NCBI GenBank assembly: GCA_035483045.1
Contig: DATHQD010000035.1
Location: 35,921 to 99,920 of the forward strand
Length of the DNA stretch: 64,000 nt
From: Terriglobales bacterium
Lineage (GTDB): Bacteria > Acidobacteriota > Terriglobia > Terriglobales > Acidobacteriaceae
Reading direction: 5' to 3'
Positions within the stretch are counted from its first letter, which is position 1. The number at the start of each line of letters is the position of its first letter. Made by a program: the position numbers and the translations under genes. Shown piece by piece: positions 46,218 to 53,956 of this stretch. The notes below the pieces were generated by a model. That model searched no databases. It saw only the letters and a program-made list of their open reading frames with translations, and was not told where the DNA came from.

Positions 46218-47090
46218 ATGCAAACCGCCCGCATCTCCGCCCTACTAGAACCCTTCCTAATCCATCCGCTCTCCGAACAGCAGCTAAATCAAATATCGAT
46301 ATACATCGATCTATTGCAACGCTGGAACGCCCGCATCAACCTGACCGCCATCCGCACCGAAGAAGAAATAGTAACCCGCCACTTCGGCGAATCCCTATTC
46401 CTGGCCCGCCACGTATTTCCAAATGTGGAGCGGACACTCCTGTCCGCTGAAGCCAACTCCGCCGACATTCCGGCCCGGCCAATCTCCCGAAATCAATGTC
46501 ATCCTGAGCGGAGCCAGGGCATGCGCGAAGCCGATGCCACGGCGGAGTCGAAGGACCCCTACTCGACCAATCAAGCAACGCGCGCTATAGAAAAAGCAAG
46601 CCCGCCCGAGAGCGTAAAGGACACCCGAGATCTAAGCGGTTCAACTGGGTACTGGGTACCGGCTACTAGGTACTGTAAGGTCCTGGATATAGGCTCCGGA
46701 GCCGGATTCCCCGCTCTACCCCTAAAAATCTGGGCCCCTGAGATCCACCTCACCCTGATCGAATCCAACCACAAAAAATCCGCCTTCCTTAAAGAGGCAT
46801 CCCGAGCCCTTACATTCACTAACGTCAATATAATGGCCGAACGAACCGAAGCCCTCCTGGCACGCCCCGACCACCCCCAAGCCGAAGTAGTAACCCTAAG
46901 AGCAGTCGAACATTTCGAAGCCGTCCTCCCCCAGTCCGTCAGTTTCCTGGCCGCAAAAGCCACTCTAGCCCTTCTCATAGGAACGTCTCAACTCCGCTCC
47001 CTAACCATTCAAACCTCCATGAATTGGCAATCACCGATCCCCATACCCAGCTCAAATACCAGAGTGCTAATTATCGGACGAGCGAATTAG
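46218..47090 (+). CDS. rsmG: 16S rRNA (guanine527-N7)-methyltransferase RsmG (GidB), 290 aa with a ~85-aa in-frame repeat-derived insertion
   Basis: The N-terminal region (LLQRWNARINLTAIRTEEEIVTRHFGESL) and the SAM motif (KVLDIGSGAGFPALPLKI..LIESNHKK..VTLRAV) are separated by REP-D/REP-C-encoded sequence. Confidence 0.85.
   Translation: MQTARISALLEPFLIHPLSEQQLNQISIYIDLLQRWNARINLTAIRTEEEIVTRHFGESLFLARHVFPNVERTLLSAEANSADIPARPISRNQCHPERSQGMREADATAESKDPYSTNQATRAIEKASPPESVKDTRDLSGSTGYWVPATRYCKVLDIGSGAGFPALPLKIWAPEIHLTLIESNHKKSAFLKEASRALTFTNVNIMAERTEALLARPDHPQAEVVTLRAVEHFEAVLPQSVSFLAAKATLALLIGTSQLRSLTIQTSMNWQSPIPIPSSNTRVLIIGRAN
46425..46448 (+). repeat. REP-D inside rsmG (forward)
   Basis: GTGGAGCGGACACTCCTGTCCGCT, read in frame as VERTLLSA. 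Confidence 0.75.
46497..46562 (+). repeat. REP-C full inside rsmG (forward); last forward REP in the window
   Basis: TGTCATCCTGAGCGGAGCCAGGGCATGCGCGAAGCCGATGCCACGGCGGAGTCGAAGGACCCCTAC, read in frame as CHPERSQGMREADATAESKDPY. Confidence 0.85.
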
Positions 47091-47238
47091 TGGATAAATT
47101 GCCATTGCACAAACATAGAAGTGGAAAACGAGGCCAATTGTAGCGCAATAATGACATTATAAGTGGCGGATAAACGGGTAATGCACCTTGAGGCGCAACG
47201 CAGGTCGCACCATGAACTAGGCGAACATGAAGCGAAAA

Positions 47239-47254
47239 TGTTCCACGTGGAACA
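47239..47254. promoter_or_regulatory. parS: parS site 1 (perfect palindrome)
   Basis: TGTTCCACGTGGAACA, against the canonical TGTTNCACGTGAAACA. Confidence 0.85.
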
Positions 47255-47290
47255 TTCTTCCCGTCCTGAAGCAAAGCTAGTGCTCTTGTA

Positions 47291-47306
47291 TGTTCCATAT
47301 GGAACG
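47291..47306. promoter_or_regulatory. parS: parS site 2 (variant)
   Basis: TGTTCCATATGGAACG. Confidence 0.7.
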
Positions 47307-47347
47307 TATTGGTGGCCACCTACCGGGGGTTACTGATCAAGAAGTAG

Positions 47348-47363
47348 TGTTCCACATGGAACA
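47348..47363. promoter_or_regulatory. parS: parS site 3 (variant)
   Basis: TGTTCCACATGGAACA. Confidence 0.8.
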
Positions 47364-47447
47364 TTCATCGACTTGCATCATAATCCGGCATTGCTTTCGC
47401 CGGATCTTTCTAATATTCTGGCGCGCAATAGACAGAAAGAAACAATC

Positions 47448-48233
47448 ATGGGACGTGTCATTGCTGTTGCCAACCAGAAGGGTGGCGTTGGGAAGACTAC
47501 GACTGCCATCAACCTTGCAGCATCTTTAGCCGCCGCCGAAGTCAATACGTTGCTGGTTGACTGCGATCCGCAGTCCAACTCTACCAGTGGTCTTGGGTTG
47601 GTGAAGGATCCGGAACGGATCAGCATCTACGATGTTTTGATGGGGGCGGCTTCGGCTGAGGAGGCGCTTCAGCTTACCGAGCTCGAGCAACTTTGGCTGA
47701 TCCCTTCCCATAAGAACCTTATCGGGGCGAACCTCGAGCTGGTCTCGGCGGAGCGGAGGGAGTACCGTCTGCGCGATGCGCTCGCTCCGTTGCTTGATCG
47801 ATTTCAGTTCCTCGTGCTGGATTGTCCTCCGGCATTGGACCTTCTGACTTTGAATTCGCTGGTGGCGGCGGATGGAGTTTTGATCCCTATGCAGGCGGAG
47901 TACTTTGCTTTGGAGGGAGTGTCGGAGCTGCTCGATACTATAGAGAGGATACGGGTCGAGTTGAATCCTGGACTGGCCATCGAAGGCGTGGTGCTGACTA
48001 TGTTTGATGAGCGGACTAATCTAGCTCAGCAGGTGGCGGAGGAGTTGAAAAAATATTTTGGGGATAAGTTGTGCACCACTACGATCCCGCGGAACATACG
48101 GCTGGCGGAGGCTCCCAGTCATGGGCTGCCGGCGCTGGTGTATGACGTTCGGTCGAGGGGGGCGGAGAGTTATATACGGCTGGCTAAAGAGATTTTGGAT
48201 CGACAGGCGGGGGCAGCTCAGGGAGCCGCTTAG
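47448..48233 (+). CDS. parA: chromosome partitioning ATPase ParA/Soj
   Basis: MGRVIAVANQKGGVGKTTTAINLAASLA (deviant Walker A). Uses the internal ATG of track ORF 47373..48233. Confidence 0.95.
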   Translation: MGRVIAVANQKGGVGKTTTAINLAASLAAAEVNTLLVDCDPQSNSTSGLGLVKDPERISIYDVLMGAASAEEALQLTELEQLWLIPSHKNLIGANLELVSAERREYRLRDALAPLLDRFQFLVLDCPPALDLLTLNSLVAADGVLIPMQAEYFALEGVSELLDTIERIRVELNPGLAIEGVVLTMFDERTNLAQQVAEELKKYFGDKLCTTTIPRNIRLAEAPSHGLPALVYDVRSRGAESYIRLAKEILDRQAGAAQGAA

Positions 48234-48310
48234 ATTGATGATGCTAAATATTTATGTACATCGATATAAACTATAGGCTTGGACGGGTGTTCCGGTCGTG
48301 GCCGACAGTT

Positions 48311-48349
48311 CCCGCCCTTCCGCAAAGTGCGCGGAAGGATGGGGCACCC
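48311..48349 (-). repeat. REP-A (reverse); first reversed REP
   Basis: CCCGCCCTTCCGCAAAGTGCGCGGAAGGATGGGGCACCC. Confidence 0.8.
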
Positions 48350-48396
48350 ACTTTTAATTCAGCGAGAATGCGGCCGCCGCAGAAATTATGGCGGAG

Positions 48397-48462
48397 GTAG
48401 GGGTCCTTCGACTGCGCCACGGCATCCGCTTTGCGGATGATGTGGCTTCGCTCAGGATGACA
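48397..48462 (-). repeat. REP-C full (reverse)
   Basis: GTAGGGGTCCTTCGACTGCGCCACGGCATCCGCTTTGCGGATGATGTGGCTTCGCTCAGGATGACA. Confidence 0.85.
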
Positions 48463-48476
48463 GTTTTACGAGGGGA

Positions 48477-49577
48477 GTGATGATCACTATGGCGAATGTG
48501 GCGGCTGATTCGAAGAATTCGGAGAAGGTGGCGGAGAAGCGGCGGGCTTTGGGGCGAGGGTTGGAATCGCTTTTGCCTGGGCCGCGGGTTGTGATTGCTC
48601 CGCCCACCCTTCCGCAAAGTGCGCGGAAGGATGGGGCACCCGCGGAGAACAGTTCTCAGCTGTCAGTCGTCAGTTCTGAGGCTGCGAGTGCTGGTTCTCA
48701 GGCAGTCGTCGAACCTCCCGCGGGTGCGGTTGCTGGAACGGTGGCGCAGATACAGGCGGCGGCTTCGGGGCAGAGTGCTGACATGGGCGTGCAGTTATTG
48801 GCGATTGATTTGATTGAGCGGAATCCTTATCAGACGCGGTACGAATTTAAGAAAGAGGCGTTGGAGGAACTGAGCAGATCGATCAAGGCGCAGGGAGTGT
48901 TGCAGCCGATTGTGGTGCGTCCGGGGGCGGAGGGAAAGTTCGTACTGATTCTGGGCGAGCGGCGGTTGCGGGCTTCGATCCTGGCGGAGATGGCGACGAT
49001 CCCGGCGTTTGTGAGGCGGGTGTCGGAGCAACAAGCGGCGGAGATGACGCTGGTTGAGAACCTGCAGCGGCAGGATCTGAACTGCATAGAGCAAGCGGAG
49101 GCGTTCGCGACCTTGAGCACGCAATTCAAGATGACGCAGGAGGAGATTTCCGCGCGGGCTGGGATCTCGCGAGAGACGGTGACGAATTACATGCGGCTGC
49201 TGAACCTGCCGCACAGCGTGATTGGAGCGCTGCAGACGGGGAAGCTTTCGTATAGCCACGCGCGCGTGCTGTTGCAACTGCGGGACGATGCGGAGATCTG
49301 GAAACTGGCGGAGAAGGTGATGGAAGAGAAGCTGTCGGTGGGGAAACTTGAGGAGTTGGTGGTGGGGAGCGGGTTGCCGAGGCCGGGGTCGGTGCACAAG
49401 TCGGGCGGGGCGCGGTGGGTGGATCCGAATGTGAAGGCGGCGCAGAGGTCGCTTGAGGAAGTTTTGGGGATGCGGGTGCGGATTGCTGACCGTAGAGGTA
49501 GAGGGAAGATTTCGATTGAGTATGCGACGCTAGAGGATTTTGATCGGGTGGTGGGGATGCTTAAGGGGAAGGGGTAG
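48477..49577 (+). CDS. parB: chromosome partitioning protein ParB/Spo0J with an expanded, partly REP-encoded N-terminal linker
   Basis: RRALGRGLESLL .. LIERNPYQTRYEFKKEALEELSRSIKAQGVLQPIVVR..GERRLRA .. HTH. The start is one of GTG 48477, ATG 48480 or ATG 48489. Confidence 0.93.
   Translation: MMITMANVAADSKNSEKVAEKRRALGRGLESLLPGPRVVIAPPTLPQSARKDGAPAENSSQLSVVSSEAASAGSQAVVEPPAGAVAGTVAQIQAAASGQSADMGVQLLAIDLIERNPYQTRYEFKKEALEELSRSIKAQGVLQPIVVRPGAEGKFVLILGERRLRASILAEMATIPAFVRRVSEQQAAEMTLVENLQRQDLNCIEQAEAFATLSTQFKMTQEEISARAGISRETVTNYMRLLNLPHSVIGALQTGKLSYSHARVLLQLRDDAEIWKLAEKVMEEKLSVGKLEELVVGSGLPRPGSVHKSGGARWVDPNVKAAQRSLEEVLGMRVRIADRRGRGKISIEYATLEDFDRVVGMLKGKG
48602..48641 (-). repeat. REP-A inside parB (reverse)
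   Basis: GCCCACCCTTCCGCAAAGTGCGCGGAAGGATGGGGCACCC, read in frame as PPTLPQSARKDGAP. Confidence 0.85.
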
Positions 49578-49598
49578 GTCGCGGGGGGAAATGCAGAG

Positions 49599-49670
49599 GA
49601 CAGGAAAGGCAAAGACCAGGAAAGGCAAAGACCAGGAAAGGCTAGAGTCGGCAAAGGCAGGAGCGGCAGG
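49599..49670 (+). repeat. REP-F low-complexity array (GGAAAGG orientation)
   Basis: GACAGGAAAGGCAAAGACCAGGAAAGGCAAAGACCAGGAAAGGC.. Confidence 0.6.
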
Positions 49671-49757
49671 GGGTTGGGTGTGAGGACGGACGTCCTAATT
49701 GGGAAAAATGGCCTTCGCGATTTGATTCTTGCGGATTCCTTGGAGTGGATGGATGGA

Positions 49758-49848
49758 GTAGGGGTCCCTTCGGCTTCGCTCAGGGCAGGCTCTTCGATTG
49801 CGCCGGGCCATTCGCTTCGCTCTTGGCTCGGGCTCCGCTCAGGATGAG
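49758..49848 (-). repeat. REP-C long variant (reverse)
   Basis: GTAGGGGTCCCTTCGGCTTCGCTCAGGGCAGGCTCTTCGATTGCGCC...GCTCCGCTCAGGATGAG. Confidence 0.7.
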
Positions 49849-49990
49849 ATCGGAAATCTTGAATCTCTCACCACTCGTCGATGCGAAACCTGCTGGTTGA
49901 ATAATTTCTTCCCAGTCTGACGAGTTAGTTGTTCCACTTGTTACTCTTTTGGTTCTGTCTGCAGAACCGCGTTGAGATTATGGCGCCTGC

Positions 49991-50031
49991 GCCCACCCTT
50001 CCGCAAAGTGCGCGGATAGGGTGGGGCACCC
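49991..50031 (-). repeat. REP-A (reverse)
   Basis: GCCCACCCTTCCGCAAAGTGCGCGGATAGGGTGGGGCACCC. Confidence 0.8.
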
Positions 50032-50218
50032 ACTTCTAATGTATGTATCGCGGTCAGGAACGCCACATCGAGGATTTGGTCTTTTATCGCAGCGGTGAAC
50101 CGCTGCGCTGACCAAAAACCTGGTGCTAGAGCCACATTTTTCTTGGCGGGCTAGGGGGCTGTCCCACTTTTTACTCTGTTGGTTCTTCCTTTGATTTCGC
50201 GGGCTGAGGCTTAGTGGG

Positions 50219-50286
50219 GCCGAGCTTACGCTCGGCTGGGCAGGTGGGGGCGCCCTTTGACAAGCTCAGGCAGGCTCTGCCTCTAC
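50219..50286 (-). repeat. REP-B long form (reverse)
   Basis: GCCGAGCTTACGCTCGGCTGGGCAGGTGGGGGCGCCCTTTGACAAGCTCAGGCAGGCTCTGCCTCTAC. Confidence 0.85.
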
Positions 50287-50318
50287 GCGAGTTTGGCGGA
50301 GAGCCCGGGAGATCAAAA

Positions 50319-50366
50319 CCCCCACCCTAACGTCGCATAGAACGCGACGTTAAGGGTGGGGCACCC
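50319..50366 (-). repeat. REP-A (reverse)
   Basis: CCCCCACCCTAACGTCGCATAGAACGCGACGTTAAGGGTGGGGCACCC. Confidence 0.8.
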
Positions 50367-50406
50367 GCTTCCTACTCTTTGCGCCTGGTATTTTCAGACG
50401 CGGGCG

Positions 50407-50970
50407 TTAGCTGGCTTTGGGCATGGGGCGGTCGGATTTGGAGAAGTCGGCTTTGGATTCTCCGGTGCTGGCTATGTCCTGGGCTCCGGTTTGCTCGAGA
50501 ATTATTTTGGCTCGCTTGGTCCAGTCGGAGCTATCGGAGTGAACGCTTAGGAGGATGCCGCCTTCTTTGATGCGGCCTTCGTAGCGCTTGGCTTCGTACT
50601 CGGGGATGCCCATGCCGATCAGGGCTCCGGCGATGCCGCCGATGGCGCCACCTACGCCCACTCCGGCTAGAGCGGCCATGATGGGACCGGCGGCGATGAA
50701 GGGACCGAGGCCGGGAATGGCCAGGGCGCCGATGCCGGCCAGCCAACCTAGGCCGCCGCCTACTACGGCTCCGGTGGTGACGCCGGTGGCGGTGCCTTCG
50801 GGGGCCTTGGTGCCTTTCTTGACGGCGAAATCTTTGGTGCCTACATTTTCAGGGAAAAGCACGGAGATGTCGGTGTTGCGAAAGCCGGCTGCCTGGAAGG
50901 CATCGACGGCTGCTTCGACGCTGGAGTAAGTGGAGTAGAGTCCGAACACTGCTGTATTTTTTCCCGCCAT
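50407..50970 (-). CDS. putative general-stress-type membrane protein (YflT/GSP17M-like N-domain plus glycine-zipper segment)
   Basis: AVFGLYSTYSSVEAAVDAFQAAGFRNTDISVL, then a Gly/Ala-rich hydrophobic core, then EYEAKRYEGRIKEGGILLSVH. Family recalled from memory. Confidence 0.4.
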   Translation of the reverse strand: MAGKNTAVFGLYSTYSSVEAAVDAFQAAGFRNTDISVLFPENVGTKDFAVKKGTKAPEGTATGVTTGAVVGGGLGWLAGIGALAIPGLGPFIAAGPIMAALAGVGVGGAIGGIAGALIGMGIPEYEAKRYEGRIKEGGILLSVHSDSSDWTKRAKIILEQTGAQDIASTGESKADFSKSDRPMPKAS

Positions 50971-51257
50971 GGTGAGTTCTCCTTTGATTAGTTATCTGGT
51001 TATTGTTGTGGTTTGATTTCCAACTTAATTTCTTACGATCAGCGGCCGTCCGGACGAAGTGGCGGTGGTGCTTATTTTGGTAGGCCGGCGGCGACAAAGA
51101 ATCGCCGCGTTTGATTGAGTTGGCTGAGGGCAATCTCCATAATTATTTTCACTGTCTCTATATAAGAGGAGCGGGCGGACTGGAGACATCGGGTGGAGTA
51201 TGTATTTTGGGCGCATTATCCCGCAGGGGGATAGACGTCACGCGGAAGTAAGAGCTT

Positions 51258-51323
51258 GCGGGCTTCGCTCGCTGGGCAGGTGAGGGCACCCTTCGACAAG
51301 CTCAGGGCAGGCTCTGCCCCTAC
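51258..51323 (-). repeat. REP-B long form (reverse)
   Basis: GCGGGCTTCGCTCGCTGGGCAGGTGAGGGCACCCTTCGACAAGCTCAGGGCAGGCTCTGCCCCTAC. Confidence 0.85.
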
Positions 51324-51463
51324 GCGAGTGTGGCGGGGGATCTCGCACTCAAAAATAAATGACAGATGAAATTTGGTGGGCGGCGACGAGGGCGATTCAC
51401 TAACTGATACTTTGAGGGGTTGAGTTTTGGTATTGTCGCTGGACTGAAGATTTGTGAGGCGAT

Positions 51464-53320
51464 ATGGGACTTGTGAATGCGTTGTTTGGGCGGCCGCTGG
51501 CTTCTTCGGAGGATGAGGGGGAGCGGATTAGTCCGTTGCAGGGGATTCCTACGTTTGGGCTCGATGCTTTGAGCTCGGCGGCGTACGGGCCGGAGGCGGC
51601 GCTGACGATTTTGCTGCCTTTGGGATTGCTGGGCGTGAAGTATATTGTGCCGCTTACTTTCGCGATTATTGGGTTGCTGATCATTGTTTATTTCAGTTAC
51701 CGGCAGACGATTGCAGCTTATCCGAATGGCGGGGGATCGTACACGGTTGCTAAGGAGAATCTGGGCGAAGGCGCGGGGCTGGTGGCGGGCGCGGCGTTGA
51801 TGATCGATTACCTGCTGAATGTGGCGGTGGGAATTTCGGCGGGGATTGGGGCGCTGGTTTCGGCGGTGCCATCGTTGTTGCCGCACACTTTGGGGCTTTG
51901 CTTATTGGTGCTGGTGATATTGACGGTGGTGAATCTTCGCGGGATCAAGGAGGCGGGGACGGCGTTTGTGGCACCTACATATTTTTTTGTGGGGACACTG
52001 GCGATCGTGATTCTGGTGGGATTTTATAAGGTGATTGTTTCGGGAGGGCATCCGGCGGCAGTGGCTTCTTTGGCGTCGCCGGTCGCGCCTTCCGGGACGG
52101 TCGAGATGGTGGGAGCGTGGATTCTGGTGAAGGCGTTTGCCTCGGGATGCACGGCGCTGACTGGCGTGGAGGCGGTGAGCAATGGAGTGCAGGCGTTTCG
52201 GAAGCCGGTGGTGGATGGGGCGCGAGTTACTTTGACGGCGATTATTGCGATCCTGATTGTGCTGCTGGGGGGAATTGCCGTACTGGTACGTTACTACGGA
52301 ATTGTAGCTACGGACCCGGGAGCTCCGGGGTATCAGAGCGTGTTGTCGTTGCTGACGGCGGCGGTCGCGGGGAAAGGGATTTTTTACGATGTAACGATGT
52401 TCTCGGTGCTGGTGGTGTTGTGTTTGTCGGCGAACACATCGTTTGCGGATTTTCCGCGGCTGTGCCGGATGATTGCGCGGGACGATTATTTGCCGCATTC
52501 GCTGACGACGCGAGGACGGCGGCTGGTGTTTTCGCAGGGGATATGGGGGCTGGCGATATTGGCGGCGCTGCTGCTGATTTTATTTGGCGGGGTGACGGAC
52601 CGGTTGATTCCGCTGTTTGCGGTGGGAGCGTTTATGGCGTTCACGCTGTCGCAGGCGGGGATGGTGGGACATTGGCGGAAGACGAAGGGATTTTGCGGGG
52701 CGATGGTGGTGAACGGATTTGGAGCGCTGGCCACGGGGCTGACGGTGATGGTGATTCTGGCAGCGAAATTTTTGGAGGGGGCGTGGGTGGTGGTGCTGTT
52801 GTTGCCGGCGTTGCTGATTTTCATGGGCAGGATTAAGCGTCATTATGAGGAGGCGAATGAAGAGGTGGCGCTGAAGGGTGGAGTGGAGTTGACGGCGGAG
52901 AATGCGGCGCCTCCGATTGTGCTAGTGCCGGTGGACCGGTGGAATGCGGCGACGGAGAAGGCGTTGCAGTTTGCGCTGACGCTGTCTCCGGATGTGGAGG
53001 CGGTGCATGTGACGTGCGATGCGGACGATGACAAGGCGCCGTGGTCGGAGAAGCCTCCGGCGGGGCAGCGGGTGCCGAAGCTGGTGACGTTGGAGTCGCC
53101 GTATCGGCTGGTGGTGCATCCGATAGTGGATTATGTGTTGAAGGTGGAGAAGGAGAATCCGGCGCGGACGGTGGCGGTGGTGATTGCTTCGATGGTGGAG
53201 CGGCATTGGTATCACTATTTTCTGCACAATCAGAGAGGGCAGCTGTTGACGGCGCAGCTGCTGCTGCGCGGGGATGAGCGGATTAATATTGTGAATGTGC
53301 CCTGGTATTTGAAGGCGTAG
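51464..53320 (+). CDS. APC-superfamily permease with a C-terminal cytosolic domain, KimA-like (K+/H+ symporter family)
   Basis: 618 aa. N-terminus FGRPLASSEDEGERISPLQGIPTFGLDALSSAAYGPEAAL resembles the KimA GKPL..LSSDALSSVAYGTE motif. About 12 TM segments plus a ~170-aa soluble tail. Confidence 0.7.
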   Translation: MGLVNALFGRPLASSEDEGERISPLQGIPTFGLDALSSAAYGPEAALTILLPLGLLGVKYIVPLTFAIIGLLIIVYFSYRQTIAAYPNGGGSYTVAKENLGEGAGLVAGAALMIDYLLNVAVGISAGIGALVSAVPSLLPHTLGLCLLVLVILTVVNLRGIKEAGTAFVAPTYFFVGTLAIVILVGFYKVIVSGGHPAAVASLASPVAPSGTVEMVGAWILVKAFASGCTALTGVEAVSNGVQAFRKPVVDGARVTLTAIIAILIVLLGGIAVLVRYYGIVATDPGAPGYQSVLSLLTAAVAGKGIFYDVTMFSVLVVLCLSANTSFADFPRLCRMIARDDYLPHSLTTRGRRLVFSQGIWGLAILAALLLILFGGVTDRLIPLFAVGAFMAFTLSQAGMVGHWRKTKGFCGAMVVNGFGALATGLTVMVILAAKFLEGAWVVVLLLPALLIFMGRIKRHYEEANEEVALKGGVELTAENAAPPIVLVPVDRWNAATEKALQFALTLSPDVEAVHVTCDADDDKAPWSEKPPAGQRVPKLVTLESPYRLVVHPIVDYVLKVEKENPARTVAVVIASMVERHWYHYFLHNQRGQLLTAQLLLRGDERINIVNVPWYLKA

Positions 53321-53380
53321 GAAAGGCATGGGCAGGAAAAGAAAGGGGCAGGAAAAGCAAAGGGCAGGAAAAGCAAGAGC
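53320..53380 (+). repeat. REP-F low-complexity array (GGAAAAG orientation)
   Basis: GGAAAGGCATGGGCAGGAAAAGAAAGGGGCAGGAAAAGCAAAGGGCAGGAAAAGC. Confidence 0.6.
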
Positions 53381-53521
53381 GGGTGACGAGTGAGAATGGA
53401 GATCCCGTCGAGTTTCTCCGGTTCGATGCGAAGTGATGCGTTCGTCCATTGGATTCATCGTCGCGCTTCCGCTAATTTCGCTTTGAACAGTGACTTGCTC
53501 TGACTTCGGAAGGAGTACCGA

Positions 53522-53917
53522 ATGGACGGCACAGATGGACTGAAAGAGACCACGCGCGCGACCGCGCCGGTCGCGTCGAACACGCCTGAGTCGAACAAAC
53601 TTAGTGTGAACGTTTTTACGGCCCCGGGAAAAACGATGTACGTCGGCGACACCACCCCTGAGAGCCGAAAAAATTGGATCGCGGCGCTGGACCGATTAGC
53701 GGCGCTCAATCCGAGGATGATTGTTGCCGGTCATAAGAAGCCGGGCGCGCCCGACTCTCCCTCGACCATTCAAGACACCAAGCGTTACCTGCAGGACTTC
53801 GATCGGCTGCAGAAAACCGCGGCGTCCGACCGGGAGCTGTTCGATCAGATGACGGAGCTATACCCGCATTGGGTAGCCAATCAGTCGTGGTTGATGTTTG
53901 GATTCCCGGGGGCATAA
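53522..53917 (+). pseudogene. C-terminal half of an MBL-fold metallo-hydrolase (N-terminal HxHxDH half absent); possible gene remnant
   Basis: VGDTTPESRKNWIAALDRLAALNPRMIVAGHKKPG..YLQDF resembles the distal His region of MBL-fold enzymes. There is no room for the N-terminal half upstream. AAGGAG precedes the ATG, so it may still be expressed. Confidence 0.4.
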
Positions 53918-53956
53918 GCTACATTTCAAACTTCGATTTCGAAAAGGAGAAGCAAA

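Larger units (their letters stand above)
47091..47447. other. oriC: candidate replication origin region (composition and REP-polarity switch, DnaA boxes, 3 parS)
   Basis: See findings. GTGGATAAA at 47100-47108 is the reverse complement of TTTATCCAC. AGTGGAAAA at 47130-47138 is the reverse complement of TTTTCCACT. AT-rich AATAATGACATTATAAG lies near 47158-47174. Confidence 0.5.
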
